Source: Candidatus Onthovivens sp.
Lineage (GTDB): Bacteria; Bacillota_I; Bacilli_A; RFN20; CAG-826
DNA length: 64,000 bases
Reading direction: 5' to 3'
Assembly (NCBI GenBank): GCA_034087725.1
Contig: JAXDXW010000016.1
Coordinates: forward strand, 1,586 to 65,585
Made by a program: the position numbers and the translations under genes. The number at the start of each line of letters is the position of its first letter. The stretch's first letter is position 1. The notes beneath the pieces were generated by a model. It searched no databases. It saw nothing but the letters and a program-made list of their open reading frames with translations, and was not told the DNA's origin. Of the stretch, positions 18,361 through 27,606 are shown one piece after another.

Positions 18361-20583
18361 ATGGAAAAACTTTTTCAATGTTCGAATATGCATTGTGCTG
18401 CCTGCAAGGCAAATATAGAAAATGCAATTAATAAATTGAATAATGTAGTGTCTGTTGAAGCTAATGTTGTTACTTCATCAATAAAAGTAATTACAAAAAA
18501 AGATATACCTAGTGAAGAGATTATTAAAGCATGTAAAACAATTGGATATAATGTAAAAGAGTTGCAAGACTTTGATCTATTTAATAATTCTATAAAAGTA
18601 AAAGAAATTATTATTAAAATAATTTTAGGTATCATTTTACTTATACCGCTCATGTATTTAGGCATGGGAAGTATGTATCCTTCTGTTATACCAGAATTCG
18701 TTAAGACTCCTATATATGTAGGCGAATGGATTCAATTTGGTTTTGCTACATTAATTATAATTTTGTTTCTTGAATATTTTAAAAGTGGTTTGCTCTCTTT
18801 AATTAGACTTAAGCCAACTATGTATTCTTTGATTTTTATTGGAAGTTCACTATCTTATGCTTATAGCCTTTATCTAACTATAACGCATACCATTAATCCT
18901 CCACTTCCAATGCATTATTCTCATATGCATCTTTATTATGATGCAAGTGCAATGATATTGGTCATTGTAACAATTGGTAAATTAATAGAGAATTTATCAA
19001 AGAGAAAAGCGCAAAAATCTTTACAAAAATTAGTAAACTTAAAACCTAAAATCGCACATTTATATAAGGATAATACAATTTTTGATGTAGAAAGTAAATT
19101 TTTGAAGAAAAACGATATAGTTATTGTTAACGCAGGAGAAAGCATCCCTGGCGATGGAATTGTATTAAACGGAAATAGTAGTGTCGATGAATCGGTTTTG
19201 ACTGGAGAATCGTTGCCTATTTTTAAAAAGGAAGATGATTCGGTTATATCGGGCTCGATTAATTTAGATAGTACCTTAAAAATACACATAACTAAGGATT
19301 ATTCAGATTCAACTTTATCAAAAATAATTTCTATGGTTATGGAAGCTGGAAATATGAATACTAAACTAACTAACAAAATAGATAAAGTTGCTCTTTATTT
19401 TTGCCCGGCAGTTATTATTTTAGCTATTCTTACTTTTATTCTTTGGATTACTATTGATCCTTTGCATAGTTTTGATAAAGCATTTTCTTTTATGATTAGC
19501 GTCGTTGTTATTAGTTGCCCTTGCGCGCTAGGTTTAGCTACACCAATATCATTGATGGTTGGAAGCAGTATCTTTTCTGGCAAGGGGATATTGGTAAATA
19601 ATAGCGAGGCAATAGAAAATATTAAACTCACAAATTGTTTGGTTTTAGACAAAACGAACACTATAACAACTGGCTCTCTCAAAGTACAAAAGTGCTTATT
19701 TTTCGAAAAAACCCCGCAAATCCTTGATGAAATTTTAACTTTAGAGAGTTTTTCATCACATCCTTTAGCTAATGCAATAGTTTCATATTTATCAGATTCA
19801 AAAATTTCAAATGACTTTATTAATAACGGCATAGAGCCTGGAAAAGGTGTGTTCGGTAAGTTTAAAAATCACAATTTATATGTTGGAAATTATGCTTATC
19901 TTAAAGAAAAATTTATAAATATCTATAATGAATATTCAAAAATTATTGCGGAAGAATTAGATAAAGGATTTTTGCCTATTATCGCTTTTGATGACAAAAA
20001 AGTATTTGCTATTTTTTCATTGAAAGATCAACTAAAACCCGAATCAATTTCCTTTATAGAAGAAGCAAAGAAATATTTCAAAAAAATAGTTCTCCTATCT
20101 GGCGATAATAAAAAAATAGCTGAATCAATCGCAAAAGAAGTAGGTATTGAGGAAGTCATAAGCGAAGTTTTACCTAATGAAAAAGACAATTACATCAAAA
20201 GGCTTCAAGATGAAGGATATAAAGTGGTAATGATGGGCGATGGAGTAAATGATGCTATTGCTCTAAAAAGAAGTGAGGTAGGTATAGGAGTAGCGAAAGC
20301 AACTGATATTGCTTTAGCGAGTAGTGATTTTATTTTATTGAACGATAACTTAATTTCTACTTTAGATATAATTAAAATCTCAAAAAGAATTAGAAGAAAT
20401 ATTAATTTTAATTTATTTTGGGCGATTTTCTATAATATAATTTTCATCCCTGTGGCTGCTGGAGCATTTAGTTTCTTTGGCTTCACTCTTTCCCCAATGA
20501 TTTGTTCGGTTTTGATGGCTTGTTCTAGTGTTACAGTTTGCATAAATTCGTTATCATTATTTATCCAACATAAAATAAAGTAG
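18361..20583 (+). CDS. copA: Copper-translocating P1B ATPase
   Basis: N-terminal HMA motif (MHCAACKANI), CPC motif (SCPCALGLATP), SSHPLA, LSGDN and GDGVNDA. The phosphorylation motif reads DKTNT. Confidence 0.88.
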   Translation: MEKLFQCSNMHCAACKANIENAINKLNNVVSVEANVVTSSIKVITKKDIPSEEIIKACKTIGYNVKELQDFDLFNNSIKVKEIIIKIILGIILLIPLMYLGMGSMYPSVIPEFVKTPIYVGEWIQFGFATLIIILFLEYFKSGLLSLIRLKPTMYSLIFIGSSLSYAYSLYLTITHTINPPLPMHYSHMHLYYDASAMILVIVTIGKLIENLSKRKAQKSLQKLVNLKPKIAHLYKDNTIFDVESKFLKKNDIVIVNAGESIPGDGIVLNGNSSVDESVLTGESLPIFKKEDDSVISGSINLDSTLKIHITKDYSDSTLSKIISMVMEAGNMNTKLTNKIDKVALYFCPAVIILAILTFILWITIDPLHSFDKAFSFMISVVVISCPCALGLATPISLMVGSSIFSGKGILVNNSEAIENIKLTNCLVLDKTNTITTGSLKVQKCLFFEKTPQILDEILTLESFSSHPLANAIVSYLSDSKISNDFINNGIEPGKGVFGKFKNHNLYVGNYAYLKEKFINIYNEYSKIIAEELDKGFLPIIAFDDKKVFAIFSLKDQLKPESISFIEEAKKYFKKIVLLSGDNKKIAESIAKEVGIEEVISEVLPNEKDNYIKRLQDEGYKVVMMGDGVNDAIALKRSEVGIGVAKATDIALASSDFILLNDNLISTLDIIKISKRIRRNINFNLFWAIFYNIIFIPVAAGAFSFFGFTLSPMICSVLMACSSVTVCINSLSLFIQHKIK

Positions 20584-20591
20584 AAAATATT

Positions 20592-21467
20592 GTGTATAAT
20601 ACTTCCATGAAGCCTTTTGAATATTTTATTACCTATTGTTTTCTTTTTATTATTGGTGGAACGGGTGGATATTTAATTGAAATTTTATTTAGAAGATTTT
20701 TTAGTATGAAAAAGCGGATTAATCCAGGCTTTTTAAAAGGTCCTTGTTTACCATTATATGGTTTTGGTGTATGCATTTTGCATTTTTTATCAACATTGTT
20801 TTTTCAATACTGTATAAAAGAAGGGACATATAATAGTTTTTATAATTCTCCATTTTACACACCAAGTGGTAACCTACCTTTTTGGGGAGCCTCAATAATT
20901 ATTATATTTGTTGTAGGTGTATCGATGACTCTTCTCGAATATATTGCGGGTATAATTTTTGTTAAAGGATTTCATATAAAATTATGGGATTATTCATCTA
21001 TGAAAGGAAATATTCAGGGATTGATATGTCCTTTATTTTCTTTTTTACGGCTATGCGTTGGCGCTATCTATCGGTTCACACTTAGACCTTTAATTGATCG
21101 ATGCATTATGTTTTTTATAAACCATATGCTTGTAATAACTTTTTTCATAGGCGCATATCTAGCTGTGTTTATTTTGGATTTTTATAATAGTGTTCAATTA
21201 TCGTTGAAAATACGAACTGAATCAAAAATGTCTAAAATTGTTACCGATTACGAGCAATTAAAGCTAAAGATGAAAGAAAAACACTTCAAAAATACGAAAA
21301 AGAATCTTTTCTCTTCAGCGGTAAAAGAAAGCGCTGCACCAATAACAAGTAAATTGAACCGATTATCTTATAATTTGAAAAAACATTTATATATAAATAA
21401 TGAAATTCCATCAAAAACAGCTGCAGAAATCGATGAAACTCCACGAACAATAGATAAAAATAAATAA
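20592..21467 (+). CDS. Polytopic membrane protein (putative ABC-transporter type IV / CmpB-like family)
   Basis: The GGTGGYLIEILFRRFF N-terminus and multiple TM segments resemble the CmpB-like family. Start is GTG, or the ATG at 20607. Confidence 0.55.
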   Translation: MYNTSMKPFEYFITYCFLFIIGGTGGYLIEILFRRFFSMKKRINPGFLKGPCLPLYGFGVCILHFLSTLFFQYCIKEGTYNSFYNSPFYTPSGNLPFWGASIIIIFVVGVSMTLLEYIAGIIFVKGFHIKLWDYSSMKGNIQGLICPLFSFLRLCVGAIYRFTLRPLIDRCIMFFINHMLVITFFIGAYLAVFILDFYNSVQLSLKIRTESKMSKIVTDYEQLKLKMKEKHFKNTKKNLFSSAVKESAAPITSKLNRLSYNLKKHLYINNEIPSKTAAEIDETPRTIDKNK

Positions 21468-21509
21468 AGATGTAAATGCTGCCTCTTTTAACAAAATTGA
21501 TTATTTTAA

Positions 21510-21518
21510 TGATATAAT
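21510..21518 (+). promoter_or_regulatory. Extended -10 element (TGATATAAT) directly upstream of smpB
   Basis: TGnTATAAT ends 7 nt before the smpB ATG, and no Shine-Dalgarno sequence lies between. Confidence 0.5.
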
Positions 21519-21525
21519 CTAAAAC

Positions 21526-21990
21526 ATGAACACATCGGAAGGCTGCAAAATTATTACAACAAATAAAAAAGCTTACTTTAATTATTTTTTGAGCGATTTT
21601 TTAGAATGTGGTATTGAGCTTTCTGGAACTGAGATTAAATCCATAAAAAATCATGGCTGTTCTATTAACGAAGCGTTTGTTGTTATTAAGAATTTAGAAG
21701 CTTTCGTAATTAATATGAATATTGCCCCTTATGAAAAAGGAAACATTTATAATCATGATCCACTTAGGAATCGAAAATTGTTACTTCATAAATATGAAAT
21801 TTTGAAATTGAACAATAAAATTATCAAAGATGGTTTCACTTTAATCCCTACAAAAGTCTATTTAAAAAAAGGTCGTGCAAAGGTAGAAATCGCCTTAGGT
21901 AAAGGTAAAAAATTATACGATAAAAGAGAAACAATTAAAAAAAGAGACGACGAGATTAACATGGCAAAAGCTATGAAGAAGGATTACTGA
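21526..21990 (+). CDS. smpB: SsrA-binding protein SmpB
   Basis: NKKAYFNYFL..GIELSGTEIKS..LLLHK..KGKKLYDKRE motifs. Confidence 0.92.
   Translation: MNTSEGCKIITTNKKAYFNYFLSDFLECGIELSGTEIKSIKNHGCSINEAFVVIKNLEAFVINMNIAPYEKGNIYNHDPLRNRKLLLHKYEILKLNNKIIKDGFTLIPTKVYLKKGRAKVEIALGKGKKLYDKRETIKKRDDEINMAKAMKKDY
21843..21870 (+). repeat. Diverged copy of dispersed element (AATCCCTACAAAAGTCTATTTAAAAAAA)
   Basis: Shares the exact 13-mer CCCTACAAAAGTC with the copy at 42793. Lies inside smpB. Confidence 0.5.
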
Positions 21991-22799
21991 TGAAGAAACA
22001 AAGTTTACTTTATAAAATTTCATATACTGCACTATTTACAGCGCTAACAGTTATTTTATCTAGATTCTTTGCTGTTCCTGGATTATTTGGCCTCCCCTTT
22101 TTAAAAATTTCTTTTGCTAATAGTGTTGTTATTTTTTCGTCGTTTTATTTAGGCCCTTTTTGGGGAATGATAGTTGGAGGAGCTGCGGACGTACTTGGAG
22201 CTGTTTTATTTCCGCAAGGAGGCGGATTCAACCCTATTTATACTATTCCAGCACTTTTGACAGGATTAGCTCCATATTATTTATATAAGTTAAGTGAACT
22301 TTCAAAATTAGAGAAGAAAATACCTTCTTTCTTGATAATTATTCTTTCTGTTTTTTTTATTTTTACTACTATTATTTTATTTACAAACGATCAAATAATC
22401 AGTGGAAAAACCGTATATGTTTTTACTCAAGCTCAAAAAATCACTTTTGTTTGCTTAATTCTTTGCTTTTCAATTTTCTATATTGGAATTTCGATTTTTA
22501 TACGTATTAAGTTTAAAGATAAAAAAATTAATCAAGAATATAATATGAATTCATTATTATCGAGCATTTTTCTAACTTATATGTTAATAAAGATTCCAAT
22601 TAGTAGCGCTATTAAAACTTATATGCTTAATTATGATTTTTTGTTTGTATTATTTTTGCAACTTTTAACCGGATTTTTTACTTGTTTAGTACACAGCGTT
22701 ATTGTAATATCTGCTTTAAATATTGCGTCGACGATTAACAATAGAAGTGCATTACTGAAAGAGAGTCAGAGACATGGTGGAGAAGAAAAAAGTAATTAA
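21990..22799 (+). CDS. ECF transporter S component (FolT-like) with extended C-terminal TM region
   Basis: ISYTALFTALTVILSRF..GPFWGMIVGGAADVLGAVLFPQGGGFNPIYT resembles folate-family S components. Its start overlaps the smpB stop (TGATG). Confidence 0.6.
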   Translation: MKKQSLLYKISYTALFTALTVILSRFFAVPGLFGLPFLKISFANSVVIFSSFYLGPFWGMIVGGAADVLGAVLFPQGGGFNPIYTIPALLTGLAPYYLYKLSELSKLEKKIPSFLIIILSVFFIFTTIILFTNDQIISGKTVYVFTQAQKITFVCLILCFSIFYIGISIFIRIKFKDKKINQEYNMNSLLSSIFLTYMLIKIPISSAIKTYMLNYDFLFVLFLQLLTGFFTCLVHSVIVISALNIASTINNRSALLKESQRHGGEEKSN

Positions 22800-22932
22800 A
22801 ATCATTTTAATTACTTTGGTTGTCACTATTGTGATTACAGCTATAACATTGATTATTATAGGTTTGATACCTGGTGGAAATTTAAATAACAGCGGTTCAT
22901 CTTGTATTGAAGATAGTTGCACTATAGGTTAA
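22774..22932 (+). CDS. Small single-pass membrane protein (52 aa), absent from the ORF track
   Basis: ATG at 22774. Translation: MVEKKKVIKIILITLVVTIVITAITLIIIGLIPGGNLNNSGSSCIEDSCTIG, ending at TAA 22930-22932. It overlaps both flanking genes. Confidence 0.35.
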   Translation: MVEKKKVIKIILITLVVTIVITAITLIIIGLIPGGNLNNSGSSCIEDSCTIG

Positions 22933-23698
22933 TTTTGTATACCTTTTTAGCGTTTTTATACATTAATTTTTCAAAGTCTGACTTATTTAATTTAATTTGA
23001 TTATTAAAATAATTTTGATAAATTTCTTGATCGAGAGTTTTATAACCATCTATTGGATTGTCTGTTCCAAACATAATTCTATCCATTAAATTATTTTGTT
23101 TTATGACTTGAATAAACTCCATATTAACCCAAGCAGTATCAGCATAAAGGTTAGGACATTCCTTCATTGCGCTAATAATTTCCATATGATTGCTCTCTAA
23201 CACACAATGAGCAGCAACAAAAATAATGTCTGGAAACTCTTTCGCTGCTTTAACGATATATTTCAACTTTGAATAGTTATCTGTAGCAGTGTGAACAAGT
23301 ATCGGAAAATTAAACTTTCTTGCGATTTCAAAATATGGATAATTACGCTGATCTGAAATTCTCATTCTTGATAGATATGGATGGAATTTTAAACCATGAA
23401 TAAAATCTAAATGTTTTTTTATAAAATCTTCGAGTTCCGCAGGGTTTTTTTCTAAATGAGGGCGATACCAAACAAGCATCCCTAGTTTATTTTGATGCTT
23501 TTTGCATAAAGCCAAAGCTTTCTTAGAACCTTCGAGCTGGCTCGTAAATTTTGTTCTACCCTCTCTAAATTCGGTGCCATCAAAAGAAAATAAAGTGAAA
23601 TTCACTCTATTCTTTTCCATTGATTTAAGTATCATATCTTCACATTTAGTCATTGTTGGCCAATAGCCATAATGTGCATGAGAATCAATAATTTTCAT
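22922..23698 (-). CDS. Amidohydrolase-2 family metal-dependent hydrolase
   Basis: N-terminal IIDSHAHYG motif and a TIM-barrel hydrolase pattern with later His/Asp residues (HTATD, AAHCV, GTDNP). Confidence 0.75.
   Translation of the reverse strand: MKIIDSHAHYGYWPTMTKCEDMILKSMEKNRVNFTLFSFDGTEFREGRTKFTSQLEGSKKALALCKKHQNKLGMLVWYRPHLEKNPAELEDFIKKHLDFIHGLKFHPYLSRMRISDQRNYPYFEIARKFNFPILVHTATDNYSKLKYIVKAAKEFPDIIFVAAHCVLESNHMEIISAMKECPNLYADTAWVNMEFIQVIKQNNLMDRIMFGTDNPIDGYKTLDQEIYQNYFNNQIKLNKSDFEKLMYKNAKKVYKINL
23421..23450 (-). repeat. Diverged copy of dispersed element (AAAAAACCCTGCGGAACTCGAAGATTTTAT)
   Basis: Core AAACCCTGC plus AACTC. Lies inside the amidohydrolase CDS, on the sense strand. Confidence 0.55.
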
Positions 23699-24489
23699 TA
23701 TTTAACTTTTGGGTAATAATATTTTGAACCTTTTTCTTTATTGCTTTTTGGCATATTTGCAGGTCTATTTGTACTATTTCCATAAGCAGGAGTTACTCTT
23801 GTAGTGTATGGAGCAGTTCCTGGTTGTGTATAGTAGTTTGAAACATAATAGTAATTTTGAGGAGCAGCATTTTGTTTTGTATAATCAATCTTTCTTCTGT
23901 TAGCTTTTGAAACATAAGCACTTCCTGTATTTAAGAAAACAAATAAATTGACAACGATACAAATCGCTAAAATCCATAAAATTAAATCGTATCCTATTGT
24001 TTGAAGTGCGCTAATTAATTGAGCTTGTTGAGAAAAATCGATAGTTTTAAAATCAATATTTTTAAAGCAAGCAGCATCCCAAAGCTGTGTAAACTTTGCT
24101 AAAACAAAAGCTCCGTCAGCATTAATGAAATATGAATATATAACAGAACCGACTATTAAATATCCCCCACCTAAAATTAAAAGCCAGAAACAATAGAATA
24201 GAGGCATCCATTTATTTCTAACAACCATTAAAATTAAACACAAAATAATAAATAATGCACAAATTGCAGGAAATGTGTAAGTAATTAAAAAATATAAATT
24301 AAAATGTGAAAGTGGAGTAGTAACACCAAAATATATATTATTTAAAATTGTCTTAATATCGAAGAAACCTGTTGTTCCAAAAATAGTTTTGGCAGCAGTT
24401 GCTTCTCCTAACATATAAAGAATTCCAACGAGCACAGCAAGTGCGATAAAATTAAGAATGAATTTTCTTGTTACTTTTATAGGTTCCAT
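23698..24489 (-). CDS. Polytopic membrane protein with Tyr/Pro-rich C-terminal tail
   Basis: Several TM helices, then NYYYVSNYYTQPGTAPYTTRVTPAYGN. TAATG overlap with the downstream amidohydrolase gene. Confidence 0.6.
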   Translation of the reverse strand: MEPIKVTRKFILNFIALAVLVGILYMLGEATAAKTIFGTTGFFDIKTILNNIYFGVTTPLSHFNLYFLITYTFPAICALFIILCLILMVVRNKWMPLFYCFWLLILGGGYLIVGSVIYSYFINADGAFVLAKFTQLWDAACFKNIDFKTIDFSQQAQLISALQTIGYDLILWILAICIVVNLFVFLNTGSAYVSKANRRKIDYTKQNAAPQNYYYVSNYYTQPGTAPYTTRVTPAYGNSTNRPANMPKSNKEKGSKYYYPKVK

Positions 24490-24617
24490 ATGTATTATTT
24501 TAAAATAATACAGGGTTTTTTTCTATAAGAAATTAGTAATTAAATGATGATGTTTATAAAAGATGTTAAGAATATGACACATAATAATTGTGATATAATA
24601 AAAAGCAAGAGGTTATT

Positions 24618-25817
24618 ATGAATATCGAAGAAAGATTTAAAAAATATATAGCAATTGACACAATAAGCGATGAAAATAGTACAACTTTTCCATCAACTCA
24701 ATCTCAAATTGAATTTGGAAAGATTTTATTACAAGATTTAAAAGAACTTGGACTAGAAAATTGTTATCAAGATGAATTTGGTTATATTTACGGAAGAATT
24801 GATAATAATTGTTCAAAAACAATTGGATTAATTGCTCATATGGATACAGCTCCTACTTTTCCTGGTGGCTGCAAAAATACATTAACTATTAGAAATTATG
24901 ATGGTGAAGATGTAACACTAGCAAATGGTTTAAAAGTTACTAATAAAGACTTCTTTTTTCTTAAATTGCTTAAAGGAGAAGATTTGATTTTTACAGACGG
25001 TGAACATCTTTTAGGTGGAGATGATAAAGCTGGTATTGTTATTATTTTTGATGTTATTGAATATTTTTTAAAGCACAAGGAAGAACTTACTTATAATTTA
25101 GCAATATGTTTTACTCCTGATGAAGAAATTGGCTTGGGTGCAAGCAAGTTTGATGTTAATAAAATGAAAGCAGATATTGCTTATACACTTGATGGTGGTC
25201 CTATTAATTATGCAAGCTATGAAAATTTTAATGCCGCAAGTGCAAAAATAATAATAGAAGGCGTAAATATTCATCCAGGAAGTGCCAAAAATATAATGCA
25301 AAATGCTTGTTTAATAGGAAATGAAATAATCTCTGCACTTCCGCCAGATATGATACCTGCAAAAACGGAAGAATACGAAGGTTTTATCCATTTAGAAGAA
25401 ATTAAAGGAGATGTTAATCATCTTGAAATGAGTTTAATTCTTAGAGATCATGATCTTAATCTTCTTAACGAGAAAAAACATATTATAGAGGATGCTGTTC
25501 GAAAAGCTCAGGAAAACCATTTAACTGCTAAAATATCTCTGTCAATAAAAGAGTCATACTTCAATATGGCACCACAGATTATTAAAAATCCGGAAGTAAT
25601 AGAATTAATTAATAAAGTTTATCTCAGTATGCATGAAATGATTAAGTATGTACCTATTAGAGGTGGAACAGATGGAGCAACAATTACTTACATGGGATTG
25701 CCTTGCCCAAATTTAGGAGATGGCGATTTTAATTGCCACGGAAGGTACGAATTTGTATCTATTACTCAAATGAAAAAAATGGTTGAAATTTTAAAAAACC
25801 TTTTAAAACTCCACTAA
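24618..25817 (+). CDS. pepT: Peptidase T (tripeptide aminopeptidase, M20B)
   Basis: IAHMDTAP, GGDDKAG and PDEEIG motifs. RBS AGAGG. Extended -10 TGATATAAT at 24591-24599. Confidence 0.88.
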   Translation: MNIEERFKKYIAIDTISDENSTTFPSTQSQIEFGKILLQDLKELGLENCYQDEFGYIYGRIDNNCSKTIGLIAHMDTAPTFPGGCKNTLTIRNYDGEDVTLANGLKVTNKDFFFLKLLKGEDLIFTDGEHLLGGDDKAGIVIIFDVIEYFLKHKEELTYNLAICFTPDEEIGLGASKFDVNKMKADIAYTLDGGPINYASYENFNAASAKIIIEGVNIHPGSAKNIMQNACLIGNEIISALPPDMIPAKTEEYEGFIHLEEIKGDVNHLEMSLILRDHDLNLLNEKKHIIEDAVRKAQENHLTAKISLSIKESYFNMAPQIIKNPEVIELINKVYLSMHEMIKYVPIRGGTDGATITYMGLPCPNLGDGDFNCHGRYEFVSITQMKKMVEILKNLLKLH

Positions 25818-25831
25818 AATTTTAAATTTTT

Positions 25832-26248
25832 TCATTTATTATCAATATTTTGTTTCGAATAATATAAATAAGTAATTATAGATTTTCTTGTGATGATACC
25901 AATAAAGTTATTTTTGTCGTCTAATACTGGTACAAAATTTTGATTGTTTGCGCATATCATTAAAGAGTCCATTTCTGAATCGTAACTGATTGGTACATAA
26001 TCGATGTGACGTTTAATTTCTGACATGGAAATATTATCAAAATCCGAAAGTGAATTAAAAGGATGATCTTTTAAAAAATATAGTAAATCTCCTTCAGAGA
26101 TTGTTCCAACATATGATCCATCTTTTGAAAGAATTGGTATAACTTGATACCTATAAAATTCAAACAATTCTAAAACTTGTCTTACAGTCATACTATTAAG
26201 GCAATATTTAATTTGACTCTTAGGAGTCAAGAAAAATAAAACATTCAT
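25832..26248 (-). CDS. CBS domain pair protein
   Basis: Two CBS-like repeats (VIPILSKDGSYVGTISEGDLL and FVPVLDDKNNFIGIITRKSI). Confidence 0.75.
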   Translation of the reverse strand: MNVLFFLTPKSQIKYCLNSMTVRQVLELFEFYRYQVIPILSKDGSYVGTISEGDLLYFLKDHPFNSLSDFDNISMSEIKRHIDYVPISYDSEMDSLMICANNQNFVPVLDDKNNFIGIITRKSIITYLYYSKQNIDNK

Positions 26249-26311
26249 GAAAACATTATAACATTACAGTATTTTAGTGTAAAATAAACGATGACTTTAA
26301 AAGGAGTATTT

Positions 26312-26779
26312 ATGGATAGATTAAGCTGGGATGAATATTTTATGGGGATTGCACTATTAAGTGCAAAAAGAAGCAAAGACCCTTCTACTCAAGTCGGCGC
26401 TTGTATAGTCGACCAAGATAATAAGGTTGTTTCAATCGGCTATAATGGGATGCCCAGAAATTGTGATGACTCTCAATTAACTCGGGAAAAAGGAGAAGGC
26501 TTAGATAGCAAATATTTGTATGTTTGTCACGCTGAATTCAATGCTATATTAAATACTCGCGATGGTTCACAGCTGAAGGGTTGTAAAGTTTATGTAACTT
26601 TATTCCCTTGTAACGAGTGCGCTAAAGCTATAATTCAAACCGGTATAAAAAAAATTATCTATTTATCGGATAAATATAGTGATCAAATTTCAACACAAGC
26701 TAGTAAAAAATTACTAAAACTTGCTGGTGTTGAGGTTGAAGAATATAAAGGAAGATATACTGAAATTACACTTCATTAA
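26312..26779 (+). CDS. dCMP deaminase (ComEB-type)
   Basis: HAEFNAI and PCNECAKAI zinc motifs. The ATG at 26312 follows RBS AAAGGAG. Confidence 0.88.
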   Translation: MDRLSWDEYFMGIALLSAKRSKDPSTQVGACIVDQDNKVVSIGYNGMPRNCDDSQLTREKGEGLDSKYLYVCHAEFNAILNTRDGSQLKGCKVYVTLFPCNECAKAIIQTGIKKIIYLSDKYSDQISTQASKKLLKLAGVEVEEYKGRYTEITLH

Positions 26780-27606
26780 TGGAATACGCAATAGAAGCAA
26801 AAAATATTTCCTATAGTTATGATGGGAAAGTTGATGTAATAAAAGACATATCATTTAAAATACCTATCGGTTCCTATGTAACCCTTATTGGACATAACGG
26901 AAGTGGTAAATCTACTCTTGCAAAATTAATATGTTACTTAATTGAGCCTTCTAAAGGTTTCATTTATTACAATGGTAAAGAAATGAATGAGGAGAATATT
27001 ACTGATATTAGAAAAAATATTGGTATTGTTTTTCAAAACCCTGATAATCAATTTATTGGAAGTTCGGTAGAAGATGATATTGCTTTTGGGTTAGAAAATA
27101 GAAATATTGAATTAAAAAAAATGCGAGAACTAGTCCATACTTTTGCGAAGAAAGTCGGGATGGAAAAGTTTTTAGATAAAGAACCTACTGAATTAAGTGG
27201 TGGCCAAAAACAACGTGTTGCCATTGCTGGAATTTTAGCTTTAAATTTAAAAATTATTATTTTTGACGAGGCAACTTCAATGCTAGATCCTGAAGGTGTT
27301 AGCGAGATTAAGAATCTAATTTTTGAAATGAAAGAAGCTGATCCAAATTTGACTTTTATCTCTATAACACACGATATTGAAGAAGCTTACTTAAGTGATT
27401 TTTGTATTATTTTAAAAAACGGAACTATATATAAGGAAGGTAAGCCTGAAGATATATTTGCTAATGAGCAAGATATTTTAGATGTAGATTTAGATATTCC
27501 TTTTGTTCTTAAAATCAAAAACGCATTGGCTAGAGAAAACATAGAAATCCCTTCGTCAATTAAAACAATTGAATCTTTATCGGAGTATTTATGCAAATTG
27601 AAGTAA
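26779..27606 (+). CDS. ecfA1: ECF transporter ATPase EcfA1
   Basis: Walker [30 protein letters not shown], and the conserved ecfA-ecfA'-ecfT-truA gene order. Confidence 0.9.
   Translation: MEYAIEAKNISYSYDGKVDVIKDISFKIPIGSYVTLIGHNGSGKSTLAKLICYLIEPSKGFIYYNGKEMNEENITDIRKNIGIVFQNPDNQFIGSSVEDDIAFGLENRNIELKKMRELVHTFAKKVGMEKFLDKEPTELSGGQKQRVAIAGILALNLKIIIFDEATSMLDPEGVSEIKNLIFEMKEADPNLTFISITHDIEEAYLSDFCIILKNGTIYKEGKPEDIFANEQDILDVDLDIPFVLKIKNALARENIEIPSSIKTIESLSEYLCKLK

Noticed and set aside
19395-19832. 145-aa ORF on the minus strand, the largest of many antisense ORFs in the track (others: 3272-3541, 5648-5875, 7041-7436, 12070-12279, 12682-12951, 16538-16783, 18375-18665, 18936-19289, 27926-28264, 30792-31100, 32464-32799, 32908-33189, 41062-41388).
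   Set aside because: Each lies fully inside a strongly supported gene on the opposite strand or in another frame. Their compositions are low-complexity and hydrophobic or Ser/Ile-rich, as expected for the antisense of AT-rich coding DNA. None has an RBS or a recognisable motif.
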